DNA of 64,000 nt from a virus. Its lineage: Duplodnaviria; Caudoviricetes. Under the pieces are notes generated by a model. It saw only the letters and a program-made list of their open reading frames with translations. It did no database searches and was not told the DNA's origin. The translations under genes were made by a program, and so were the position numbers. Within the stretch, counting starts at the first letter, position 1; each line of letters opens with the position of its first letter. The DNA lies in the IMG/VR virus record IMGVR_UViG_3300028048_002144. One strand, given 5' to 3'. Shown here one piece after another: positions 30,849 to 41,066 of this stretch.

Positions 30849-32804
30849 TTAGTGATTAAGATAATACAAAGGTAAGTGTAATGCTGTCGAGTAATAAGTT
30901 TTTACTTTCCCTGTTCTAATTGCTTCCTCAAGAGTTGCTGGGAAATCATTTATCATATTGCCTTCTTCTCCATACCACAATTCATTTCTTTCTCTCTGAT
31001 ATTCTGCTTCGTTTTTAATGGCATATTCAGCCTGATTATGAGAATATGCATTAGGAAGAATACTTCTTGCTCCCATATGTTTTGAAGGAACATCACCATA
31101 ATGAAGAATTTCTTCTGTTCCATCCTGGTAAATGATTTTTATATCATTATATGGATCATTTCTGTTAGTATTATATTTTGAGCAAGCTGCTGAACCCCAT
31201 TTATAATTAGGCCAATCTTCATTAATTAATGCTTCGTAATCACATTCACGGAACCAAGCTTCTTTATCAAAACCACTATTGTTACCATTATTTGCGTTAC
31301 CAGATTTGGCAGCCTTACCGCTCTTAGTACCCTTAGTACCCTTCGCACTCTTAGTAGCACCATTTGGTGTATTAGTATCAGTTGTAGCTTCTGTTGTAGG
31401 AGTCTCTACTGCACTATCCTTTGCAGTGATATATTCCTTAAACTTGTTTTCAAGTTCAGATGTAATATCATAAAGGGCCTTTACAGATGTATCCTTTGAG
31501 ATTACATTCTTTTTAGTTTCGCCAAACTTACCGTCAAGGCTATTGATAGTCTTAGTCATAGCATCATCAAAGTATGTATTATCGTTGTCATACTTTGCAT
31601 GCCAGTAATCCTTAAACAGACGTTTACGTTCATCATCTGCCTTGTCGACATCAGCCATGAGATCCTTCCTTACTGACTTCTGAAGATCACGAAGCTTATT
31701 CATTTCATCCTGAGTAAGAGAAAGCTTGATGTCCTTATTATTATGTGCTTCTGTTTCAGCAGATACATATTCATCAAGCTGGGCAAGGATTGGTTTCTTA
31801 TACTTATCGTCTCTAATAGAGTTGTTAAGCATTCTTCTGATATCCTTATTGATGCTAGTTACTTCCTTGTAAGTAACATCTTCTGCGGATACATCCTGCT
31901 CTACTCTATAATTGTGGTAAGTTACTCCACCACCTACAGCTCCACCAGCAACAGCAACTGTTACTACTCCAGCTGCAATCTTCGTTTTAAGTGCCATACC
32001 ACCAAGTTTGGTGATAACATTTCCAAAAATATTCATATATCTATCTCCTTTGTTTATGAATAAAATATTATTTTCTACACTATTAATATGACTTGAAAAC
32101 CCTATATTTTGTGAAAATGTGTGCAATTTTTTTATAATATTTACTTCATTTGGTATTTTACAGGCTTTGATCTCATCTGATATACCAAATAAAATAATAG
32201 GTGCGAATGATATAGAGTGTAGAGTTATTCTTTGCTTTTTCTCTATATTCTGTATCTTATCTCGTAGAGTTTTCTTTGCTCTACTCAAATCACTTTTAAT
32301 AGTACCCTCTGGAACGTTATATAATGCCGACATAGCCTTTATATTATATTCACCATAATAATATCCAATAATATATTTCTGCTGGTTTTTAGGCAGTTCT
32401 CGAATAGTCTGGGTTATAATCTTTCTAGTCTCTTCATGCTCTAAGATATTCTCTGGGAAAAGATAATCAACTTCTTTCTTCCCCAGGTTCTCATCTTCTG
32501 TAGCCACTTCTTTTATATTCTTACGAATATATGTACCCTTCTGGTTAGCAGCTATTCTTTTAATCCATTTTAGACCAGCTTTTTCGTCTTTTAATGTATC
32601 AATATTATTATATACAGCCAGATACGTTTCCTGCATTATATCTTCGGCTTCTTCATTATCCATGCCATCAAATACTAATGAATACCAGACATAATTTTTA
32701 GAGTAATTATATATGTCTTCAAATGCAGATTCGTTTCCGCTTTTAAATGATATTATTGCTTCGGCTATTTTTTCGACATCATTTTTGTTTTTATTTGTTA
32801 TCAT
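30849..32804 (-). CDS. ECF sigma factor fused to a TM segment and extracytoplasmic domain
   Basis: Region 2 (AEDIMQETYL..WIKRIAAN), region 4 (LP..Q..YY..VPEGTIKSDLSRAKK), then KIAAGVVTVAVAGGAVGGGV TM. Confidence 0.85.
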   Translation of the reverse strand: MITNKNKNDVEKIAEAIISFKSGNESAFEDIYNYSKNYVWYSLVFDGMDNEEAEDIMQETYLAVYNNIDTLKDEKAGLKWIKRIAANQKGTYIRKNIKEVATEDENLGKKEVDYLFPENILEHEETRKIITQTIRELPKNQQKYIIGYYYGEYNIKAMSALYNVPEGTIKSDLSRAKKTLRDKIQNIEKKQRITLHSISFAPIILFGISDEIKACKIPNEVNIIKKLHTFSQNIGFSSHINSVENNILFINKGDRYMNIFGNVITKLGGMALKTKIAAGVVTVAVAGGAVGGGVTYHNYRVEQDVSAEDVTYKEVTSINKDIRRMLNNSIRDDKYKKPILAQLDEYVSAETEAHNNKDIKLSLTQDEMNKLRDLQKSVRKDLMADVDKADDERKRLFKDYWHAKYDNDNTYFDDAMTKTINSLDGKFGETKKNVISKDTSVKALYDITSELENKFKEYITAKDSAVETPTTEATTDTNTPNGATKSAKGTKGTKSGKAAKSGNANNGNNSGFDKEAWFRECDYEALINEDWPNYKWGSAACSKYNTNRNDPYNDIKIIYQDGTEEILHYGDVPSKHMGARSILPNAYSHNQAEYAIKNEAEYQRERNELWYGEEGNMINDFPATLEEAIRTGKVKTYYSTALHLPLYYLNH

Positions 32805-32962
32805 AATTTTCTATCCCATAATAAATCTCCTTTTTAAAATTATGCTTTTCTATATATAGGTAGCACATAAGATTAAAAAGGTTGCAATTTTTTGATTATT
32901 TTTTAAAATATTTTTCTACTCAAAATAATAAGGGAGATAAACTCCCTTATTATCATAACTCA

Positions 32963-33361
32963 TTATACCATATATTTCGACAAAGTGATAAGATCTGCCA
33001 TTTCACGTTTAATATCATTAACTGAATATATAGGGCAAGTATCTGTTCTGGATTTTACATTCTTTCCGAACATCTTATATATTTTTGCATTTTCGACTAC
33101 TTGATTTGTTAGGCATTTTACACTGTCTCGTGTTATCATATCTTCATTATTATGCTGTAATTTTTCTGTTAGTGTTTCTATCATATCGTATATCTTTTTG
33201 AATGCATCGTCCATTTCTGGTGTAGTATCAGAGTCTTCCCAGAGTGTCATTACTTCGAACTGAAGCTGATGTAATAATGGCCCAATTCCTTCATTTTTCA
33301 TAAGTTCTCCTCCTTTCTGCATATTTCTCTGGTTATTTTTGTCGTTAATAAAATCTTTCAT
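32963..33361 (-). CDS. Hypothetical protein
   Basis: ORF with SD; alternative start at MKNEG. Confidence 0.55.
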   Translation of the reverse strand: MKDFINDKNNQRNMQKGGELMKNEGIGPLLHQLQFEVMTLWEDSDTTPEMDDAFKKIYDMIETLTEKLQHNNEDMITRDSVKCLTNQVVENAKIYKMFGKNVKSRTDTCPIYSVNDIKREMADLITLSKYMV

Positions 33362-33558
33362 AACAACTTCCTTTCTGTAAAAATATTTTTCTCTTCACTA
33401 TACATTTGGGGTGAATCTTTGCTGATTACTAAAAAAATGAGAAGAATTTATATTCTTTTTATTTTTATATGCAATTAAAATAATTACTTATCTCACCCTT
33501 TTAATATACATATAGGTCGTGTTGATGCTAAATCTGCAGAAATTTTTTGAGAAATATA

Positions 33559-33596
33559 AAAAAAGCCTACCAACAAATAAATGTTAGTAGGCTTTT
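33559..33596 (-). terminator. Terminator after nrdD
   Basis: AAAAGCCTAC..GTAGGCTTTT hairpin. Confidence 0.7.
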
Positions 33597-33602
33597 GCAG
33601 CA

Positions 33603-36600
33603 TTATTTCTCCGAATTACTCTTCAAAGAAGTGTTTTCGATTTTAGGAATAGCTACATGCACATATCTATCCTGGATTTCCTGGGTTCTACCCTGGTTCC
33701 AGAACTGAGATCCAATATCCTTTATACCCTCGGTTTCCCGATACTTAGGGGAATTTATACCCTCGGCTTCCCGATATTTAGGGGAGTAGACTATACAATC
33801 AAAATATTATTCTATATTTAAAATTAAGTGGAAATTATAGTCGTTGAGCGTCATCCCTACGCAATGCTTTAAGGGAGTTTCGTTGCGTTTGATTACCCAA
33901 TCCTTAATGATTTTACCTTACCGATTCCGTTACTAATCGCCACATATATATTTCTATATATGCTTGGTTATTAAGGCTCTAAGGGAGTTCCCGCAGTTTA
34001 TTCCATTTAACGTGGCCCTATTGAGGCTAAGCCACATGTACGTCTTGATACATGCATTTTACTCTGATCACGATTCTTGCAATTTGGACATTCCCAAACT
34101 AATTTGTTATGCTCATCCTTAACAATACGAATTTCACCGTCATATCCACATACTTCACACAAATCTGACTTTGTGTTTAATTCTGCGTACAGAATTGTAT
34201 TATAGATATGCTGCATGATTGCAATTACTGCATCAATATTATTCTGCATGTTAGGGATTTCAACGTAACTAATTGCTCCACCAGGTGAAAGTTCCTGGAA
34301 TTCAGCTTCTTTTGTTAACTTGCTAAAGGCATCAATCTTTTCCATTACGTTTACATGATATGAATTAGTAATATAATTCTTGTCTGTAACGTGTGGGATA
34401 ATGCCAAATCTTCTTTGAAGATTCTTAGCAAATTTGTATGTAGTAGATTCGATAGGCGTTCCATAAAGAGAATAACTAATATTTTCTTCTTCTCTCCACT
34501 TTGCACACTTATCATTCATATACTGCATAACTTTAAGAGCGAATTCTTTTCCCTTTTCACTTGTATGTGATTCACCGATCATTCGATAGCACATTTCAGA
34601 TACTCCAGCATATCCTAGTGAAATAGTTGAATAATTTCCGTAAAGGAGTTTATCAATTGTTTCACCTGGCTTTAGTCTAGCTAAAGCTCCATCCTGCCAA
34701 AGAATAGGTGCTACATCTGATGGCGTTCCTAGCAATCTTTCATGTCTTATACGCAATGCCCTATGGCAAAGTTCTAATCGTTCATCGAAAATCTTCCAGA
34801 ATTCTTCCATATCTCCATTAGATGAACATGCTACATCAACTAGGTTGATGGTTACGACACCCTGATTAACGCATAAAGCAGACTATCTCTTCTATATAAT
34901 TATTTATATAGCGATGCGCTTGGAATCAGGCGATAAACTCTGATCCTACTGAGCTACACTCATCACTCATAGTCGTTACACCGTTTTCTTAATTAAAGAA
35001 ACTTGGCACGGTATTGGCAGCTACCCTTATTAAGGGCCTTAGCGTCTCTTACGAAGCGTATTCGCACAGATCGTAACTTCTGTCTTATTTAACTTCTACC
35101 GTTAGCAATATAAGATTAATTTTATATCACACCGTTTATCAAACGTTCACATCGTTTAAGGACGACCTAATCAGGCAACGTTTGTCAATCGTCCATAATA
35201 TTTATGTTCACCTTCTTTGAAATTCAATGCATTTGCTTTATTGTCAGCATTGCATAGATTTTCTCTATTCTTTTCATTATCTGCTGTAAGGAAGGATCTG
35301 CAACCCCAAATATGTTCACATGATTCGCAACATCATGCAGTTCCCTTATGAACTTCTCTATGTCGCCATAGACGAGATATGAATTTCACATATCCAGGAC
35401 AAAATATAAAAATTTGTCGTTCAGACTATATCACGCTCTGGATTTCTCCAGTAGTCCTATCTTTTCGCTTTATCATTTGCTTATAAAGCTACTCTACTCA
35501 CTTCGTGTCATTTCTGACCTTATTTTCATGCTATTTTTCAAGCCTTGTAGCTTTCGATAGTCGTTAGACTTTTACAATTTTATATGAAATTGATTTAGTA
35601 CGGTAAGTTATCTTATATAAGACTTACTCCGTTTAGATAGGTTTGCTAATATTGTCACCAATATTAGGCACAGGTTTTGTTTATGCACGGATAAACATCT
35701 CCATCCTTTAATTCCTTCATCTTCTTTTCTGAAATATAATCCGGAACCATTCTTTTTGCAGTACATTTGGCTGCTAGTTTTGTGAGATAAAAATACGGGC
35801 TGTCTTCTGTAATGTTGTTTTCAGAAAGCACATAGATTAATTTAGGGAAAGCTGGAGTAACATAATTGCCACTTCTATCTTTTACACCTAAAATTCTCTG
35901 CTTTAACATTGTTTCAATAATTAAAGCCAAATCCTTTTTCGCATTCTCATCTTTAACTTCATTTAGATACATGAATACAGTTACAAATGGTGCTTGCGTT
36001 TTCTTAGTATGATTGATGTATCACGCTAAGGCTGACTATTTCTTGCTTGATGATTAACATCAAACCAATGCGTTTCCGCAGTCGCTTGCACAGCTGCGTA
36101 CGGTATAAAACCTAGTCGATACAATTACAGGTTAATGAATCGTTAAGTTATGGGCTTCTGGATTATTTTTTATCCAGCGAGCCAATGTAGCACGGGAAAC
36201 TTTCAGATATTTTGCCAGTGATGTCATTGTCGTGAAGCGTTTTCCGTCACATAGAATATAGTCAGTGAATAATTTTCTTTGTCTTGAATGCGTTGGCTTG
36301 CCATCTTTAAGCGTCCGATAATAATGAACGTTATTTTCAGATGGTGTTACCCATTCAAGGTTATCGACCATATTATTATGCTTGTTACCGTCTTTATGAT
36401 TAACAACGGTAAGCGATGCATCATGTGGAAGGAATGTCTGGGCAACGATGCGATGGAGTAATAATGTCCTTGATTTGCGTGTGGCATCGTTTTTCGTTAG
36501 AGATATACGTACGTATCCATCCTTACTATCCCATGCTTTCTTGAGGTAATAGGCTTTGTATTGTCTCGAATATGATCGTATTCGCCCTTTATTAGATACT

Positions 36601-39356
36601 TCATAGTCTTCATATCCAAGTATCGGTTTCCATATTTCCCCATCAATAGTGTCATAGTTATATTGGCGATGACTATTATTCTTCTTGTCATTTATAGCTT
36701 GTCTAGCACGAGCGTGTCTGCGGTTTGCCTTCTCTTGGTTGGCTTTATATAGCGCAGGATCACGTTGTATATATATCTGATCGATTTGTGCCTTTGTCGT
36801 TCCTATTTTGTCAGCAATCTGTTGTGATGTTGCATCATTGTTCAGCATAGTGATTATCGTTTGTCTGTGCTTATTTACAAATTTTTGCTGAGATGGCGAC
36901 AAGTGCGTTTGATGTTTAGGTTTCGGTGTCTGCCATTCTCTTAGCTTTCGTGATATCACATATCTTTGAATGTGAAACAGACGTGATAAATAGGCGATTG
37001 ATTTTCCTTCCTTTGTATAAAGATATTCTATTTGTTCTTTGAGAAGCTGGCACTTCTCATATTGATTCATTGAATTAAGCATTTGTGTGTGCTCCTTTCC
37101 TGTAGTCACGAGATTATCTTTGATATTGAGATTTCTCTCATATCAGGATTTTCCTCGTTAGCCTCGTCATATAAGCGAGACCCCGCCTCTGGCGGTTAAC
37201 ATTGTTTTAGAACGGCCTAGCGATAACTGAACCGTTCGTTGATTGTAGTGTGATAAGCTGGTACTGAATAGTCTGACATCCAGCTTCAATTTCTTTCTTT
37301 ACTTCCATTTCGATAAGTTCATTAAACTTCTCTTTAGGAATAGAAATATTTAACTTCGTCAATTCATTTGTCATTCTCTTTTTGATTTTTTCTCTTGATC
37401 TTTCTACGAAAGGTGCAAGATGAGAAAGAGTGAATGTTTGTCCCAATTTAGGAATTTAATATGTAAGTTTTTGTGCTACACATAAATTAGACTATTTCTT
37501 GTTGACATTTGTATGTGCCAACCAATGCGTTTCGATTATAGCTATCTATAATCTACAATTAGTCGTTACAATTATTTATTATTAATTTGATATCGTGTTT
37601 TTCTGGGTGATCTAAGTATCTTCGAGTTTGTGTTTCTGACTTGTTTAAGAATCGTGCAAATGCTGCTACGGTTTTGAATTTATATTTATCTTTATATAAT
37701 ATGTAATCGAATTTATATCTTTTTTTATTAACTATGTTTCTTTTATTACTTCTGTAAGCATGAAGATTATTATCAGCTTGTGTTGACCACTCTAAATTTG
37801 TTGCTTTATTATTCAATACATTTCCGTCTTTATGATTTATAGTATTCTTCTCTTCACTATATCCTTTAACAAAAGCATGTCCTACAAGTCTTGATACCTG
37901 TAAGTTTTTATTTTTTACCCTTACATATAATCTATTGTTATTTTTATTAGGATAAGGTTTTAATAAAGCGTATTTTTTATATCTTTTTTTATAGCTTTTA
38001 ACTCTTCCATAATTAGAAATATAATAGTTTGGATATCCTAATATAGGTTTCCATATCTCATCATCAAAATTTTCAAAATCATAATCTAACGATGAGTTTT
38101 CTAATTTATTAAATAAATTATCTTTTGTTCTAATTTTTCTTCTATTGATATAATCTTCATAAGTTTTGTTTAATACATCATCATTTTTTATGTAAGTATA
38201 TACTAATGATTTTATAGATATTTTTAACTCTTTTGATATTTTATTAAGTGATATATCTCTATCTAATCGAGATTTAATATAATCTCTGTTCCTATTAATA
38301 AACTTCCTAGTAGATGGAGTTATATGTCTTTTTGAATTAGATGGTTTTATTTTCCATACATTCTTTAATTTATCACTTACAGTCTTTCGATTTATTTTTA
38401 GTAATCTACTAATATATGATATCGAACGACCTTCTTTGTTATATAAAAACACGATTGTTTCTTTTAATAATTCTGCTTTTTCCGAACTTCTCATGAGCAT
38501 TCCACTCCTTTAATAATAAATAATCACGAGATCAGCTTTTCCAACCTACCTCGTTAGCCTTGCTAATTAAAGCAAAACCCTATTGTGATAGTTAACATTG
38601 TTTTTATACGGCAGACTTTAAACCGTACTGTGACGAAGCTACCTGAGCTACAATCTGTGATGTGACTGTACATGCTGTTAAGAAACTATGTGGCTTATCA
38701 ATTTTCGTTCCAGAAATTGTTGTTCCGTTCTGGAGCATATCTTCCAGATTGACCAAACAACAATTACTCATATGATTGGCGAAGTAATCGCTGTCGTGGA
38801 ACTGAATGATTCCTTCTTTATGTGCTTCTTTGATCTCTTCTGGTAAGATGTACTTATCTACAAAGTGTCTTGACCATTCACCAGCCATATAGTCTCTCTG
38901 AACAGAAAGTATTGTAGGATTCTTATTTGAATTCTCCTGCTTTACTTCTTCGTTCTTAATTGCTACATGACCATCTTTTTCAACTGTCACATCAATAATG
39001 TTCTGGATCTTTCTATCTATATCTGACATGTTTCGCTTTTCATTGTGCTTATATCTATACACAATGTACTTCTCAGCTAATTCTGCATGCTGCAAATAGA
39101 TAATTTCTTTGATTACAAGATCCTGAATTTCTTCTACAGAATATGCTCGATTTGCATTTATTACTGTTCTAGTAATATTCTCTGTAATTTCATTAATCTC
39201 TTTTGAAGTTAGTTTTTCGATTCCTCGAACTTCATTGTTTGCTTTGCCTATCGCAATCTTAATTTTATTTGGTTCATACTCAGCCTGAGTACCGTCTCTT
39301 TTGATTACATAGACATTGCTTGTTTGATTTGCTTCTTTGATATTCTCATTAAACAT
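33603..39356 (-). CDS. nrdD: Anaerobic (class III) ribonucleotide reductase with 6 exons: 39356-38622, 37443-37231, 35996-35683, 35306-35188, 34869-34030, 33718-33603 (2337 nt, 778 aa)
   Basis: ATP cone (VIKRDG). Splicing restores SQYG|GQ, TNG|QAPF, YPCM|GCRSF, YGRF|NQGVV and RTCGY|IG; exon lengths sum in frame. Confidence 0.92.
33719..34029 (-). ncRNA. Group I intron 5 of nrdD (311 nt, no ORF)
   Basis: P1 AUGUGGCU/GGCCACGU ending in U.G; CAACGACU..AUAGUC core; terminal G. Confidence 0.85.
34870..35187 (-). ncRNA. Group I intron 4 of nrdD (318 nt, no ORF)
   Basis: P1 GGACGAU/GUCGUCC; GUAACGACU..AUAGUC; terminal G. Confidence 0.85.
35307..35682 (-). ncRNA. Group I intron 3 of nrdD (376 nt, no ORF)
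   Basis: P1 GCAU/GUGC; UAACGACU..AUAGUC; terminal G. Confidence 0.85.
35997..37230 (-). mobile_element. Group I intron 2 of nrdD with homing endonuclease (1234 nt)
   Basis: P1 GAACGGU/GCCGUUC; AUCGACU..AUAGUC; terminal G. Confidence 0.88.
36132..37082 (-). CDS. Intron-encoded NUMOD4-HNH homing endonuclease
   Basis: EIWKPILGYEDYEVSNKGRIRS; HRIVA..VNHKDGNKHNN..NLEW..EN; start set behind SD AAAGGAG. Confidence 0.88.
   Translation of the reverse strand: MLNSMNQYEKCQLLKEQIEYLYTKEGKSIAYLSRLFHIQRYVISRKLREWQTPKPKHQTHLSPSQQKFVNKHRQTIITMLNNDATSQQIADKIGTTKAQIDQIYIQRDPALYKANQEKANRRHARARQAINDKKNNSHRQYNYDTIDGEIWKPILGYEDYEVSNKGRIRSYSRQYKAYYLKKAWDSKDGYVRISLTKNDATRKSRTLLLHRIVAQTFLPHDASLTVVNHKDGNKHNNMVDNLEWVTPSENNVHYYRTLKDGKPTHSRQRKLFTDYILCDGKRFTTMTSLAKYLKVSRATLARWIKNNPEAHNLTIH
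37444..38621 (-). mobile_element. Group I intron 1 of nrdD with homing endonuclease (1178 nt)
   Basis: P1 UACGGU/GCCGUA; GUAACGACU..AUAGUC; terminal G. Confidence 0.88.
37559..38500 (-). CDS. Intron-encoded NUMOD4-HNH homing endonuclease
   Basis: EIWKPILGYPNYYISNYGRVKS; INHKDGNVLNN..NLEW..DN. Confidence 0.88.
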   Translation of the reverse strand: MLMRSSEKAELLKETIVFLYNKEGRSISYISRLLKINRKTVSDKLKNVWKIKPSNSKRHITPSTRKFINRNRDYIKSRLDRDISLNKISKELKISIKSLVYTYIKNDDVLNKTYEDYINRRKIRTKDNLFNKLENSSLDYDFENFDDEIWKPILGYPNYYISNYGRVKSYKKRYKKYALLKPYPNKNNNRLYVRVKNKNLQVSRLVGHAFVKGYSEEKNTINHKDGNVLNNKATNLEWSTQADNNLHAYRSNKRNIVNKKRYKFDYILYKDKYKFKTVAAFARFLNKSETQTRRYLDHPEKHDIKLIINNCND

Positions 39357-39471
39357 TTGTATACCTCCTTCGCTCATAAAAATATCTACGTATAATATGA
39401 AAGATTAATATTAAAAAAATACCTAGATAAAAATATCTAGGTATTTGTATGATATTTACTTCTCTTATGGC

Positions 39472-40137
39472 TTATGGAAGGTCTACAGTATATTCCCATT
39501 TTTCAATTATAAATTCATCTAGTATATCAGCAGCAATATCATTAAGGATTTCATCTACTGGATTATTCTTAAGATATTCCCTGATCTGCTTATTTGTGGT
39601 AAGGCCTTTATCTTTTAATACTTTCTCAAATCCTTGTTTGTCTTTCTTATACAGAACTGAAAATAGTTTTCTTAAATCCTTTTCTGTATTATCGTTAGTA
39701 TTTTCCAAGAAAGAATAAATATCCTTATCATCACCCCAGTATCCTATTACGTACTTATCTTTAAACTCAGAATCATTTGTAACGTAAATTCCCATATTAG
39801 GTTCTTCAGATGTACAAGTAATACTCATGGTATATCCAAGTTTGTCAACTAGAGCCTGCCACATCTTGTTCATCGGTCCCCAGGCAGTATGTGTATTAAT
39901 CATAAGTTCATTGTCGTTCGCAAGTTCTACTTCATCAATACAACCTCTACAAGGATATTTCCCACTCAAAGGATCTGATTTTAGTCCCTTTTCTACTATC
40001 AATCCTAGCCAATCATTATTCCAGCTGTTCTCGATAGTTGTTCCTTCTTTCTGCCAGCTAATAATGAGATTGTATAGTTTCTTCGCCTCATTATTCATTG
40101 AGTTAAAATTCAGATAATTATAGCACCAATTTGGCAT
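39472..40137 (-). CDS. MPNWC-family (DUF1281/YubB ferredoxin-like) protein, paralog A
   Basis: MPNWCYN start, TAWGP, EEPNMG. Confidence 0.7.
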   Translation of the reverse strand: MPNWCYNYLNFNSMNNEAKKLYNLIISWQKEGTTIENSWNNDWLGLIVEKGLKSDPLSGKYPCRGCIDEVELANDNELMINTHTAWGPMNKMWQALVDKLGYTMSITCTSEEPNMGIYVTNDSEFKDKYVIGYWGDDKDIYSFLENTNDNTEKDLRKLFSVLYKKDKQGFEKVLKDKGLTTNKQIREYLKNNPVDEILNDIAADILDEFIIEKWEYTVDLP

Positions 40138-40238
40138 ATCTTTTCTCCTTTCAATCTTTACAAGTTATAATGTTAATATGAATAATTTTTTTGTATAAAA
40201 AATACCTAGGTAGTTTTTTGACTACCTAGATATTATCT

Positions 40239-40916
40239 TTAAGCAATAAGTTCTTTAAATTCCCACTTGCGAATTTTTATATTACTAACAGGAACAATTT
40301 CGCTCATAATTTCAAATAATCGTTCAATTTTTCCTTTTCTAAAGTATGTCTTAATCTGCGTAAGGGTAGAAGCTTTAGAATAATACTTTCTCATATATTT
40401 TTTCGCTTGTTTAAATCTTTCAGGATAGTTCTCTTTTGCTTTTATATACGTATCAAACAAAAATGTTCTCACATACTTTTCTTCCGCTTTATAGTCGCTA
40501 TCATATTCGGAGTCAAAACTATCAATGATATAGGCATTCTTTAATTCTGGTTCGTTTGTTTGATAGATTCCTATATTCTGTTCTATAGAAGTGTATATGA
40601 TATTTGCTCCTGGGATATATTTATCTACAAGCATTAACCACATTTCATGCATAGGCTTCCAAGCTGTATTTACTGAAACAAATAATTTATTATCACAATC
40701 TAGTTCAAGATTGCTTATCCAACCTATGCATTCAATTTCTTCTGATAAAGGGTCCATTTCTAATCCTTTTTCTACAACTAGCCCTAACCAGTTATTATCC
40801 CATGAATGTTTTATAATAGTGCCTTCTTCCTGCCATTTCTCAAGTAAGTTAAATAACTTTTTAGCACCCTTATCTTCTGTTTTAATTGTGTATCGTGTAT
40901 AACACCAATTTGGCAT
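40239..40916 (-). CDS. MPNWC-family protein, paralog B
   Basis: MPNWCYT, WLGLVVEKGL, TAWKP; clearly similar to its neighbour. Confidence 0.7.
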   Translation of the reverse strand: MPNWCYTRYTIKTEDKGAKKLFNLLEKWQEEGTIIKHSWDNNWLGLVVEKGLEMDPLSEEIECIGWISNLELDCDNKLFVSVNTAWKPMHEMWLMLVDKYIPGANIIYTSIEQNIGIYQTNEPELKNAYIIDSFDSEYDSDYKAEEKYVRTFLFDTYIKAKENYPERFKQAKKYMRKYYSKASTLTQIKTYFRKGKIERLFEIMSEIVPVSNIKIRKWEFKELIA

Positions 40917-41066
40917 AGTTAATTCTCCTTTCTTATATCAAAATCTAATAACAATATGAACAATTTTTTATATAAAAAATAACCCGAAGAATTAAACTTC
41001 GGGTTATTTCGTATTACTGTATACTTTCTAAATAATCAAATAAATTTATCTGAGAACCTAATTTCA

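Noticed and set aside
32850-33545. Shared TGCA...ACCTATAT motif upstream of the sigma gene and ORF 33361 as an ECF regulon
   Set aside because: Spacing differs (21 vs 17 nt) and there are only two instances.
34000-34035. Pistol-ribozyme-like string AGGGCCACGTTAAAT
   Set aside because: Explained as the P1/internal guide of intron 5; the rest of the pistol fold was not found.
33603-39377. nrdD as a fragmented pseudogene, intein-split gene or group II intron host
   Set aside because: The inserts contain stops, lack RT or intein motifs and have group I P1/terminal-G signatures that restore the frame exactly.
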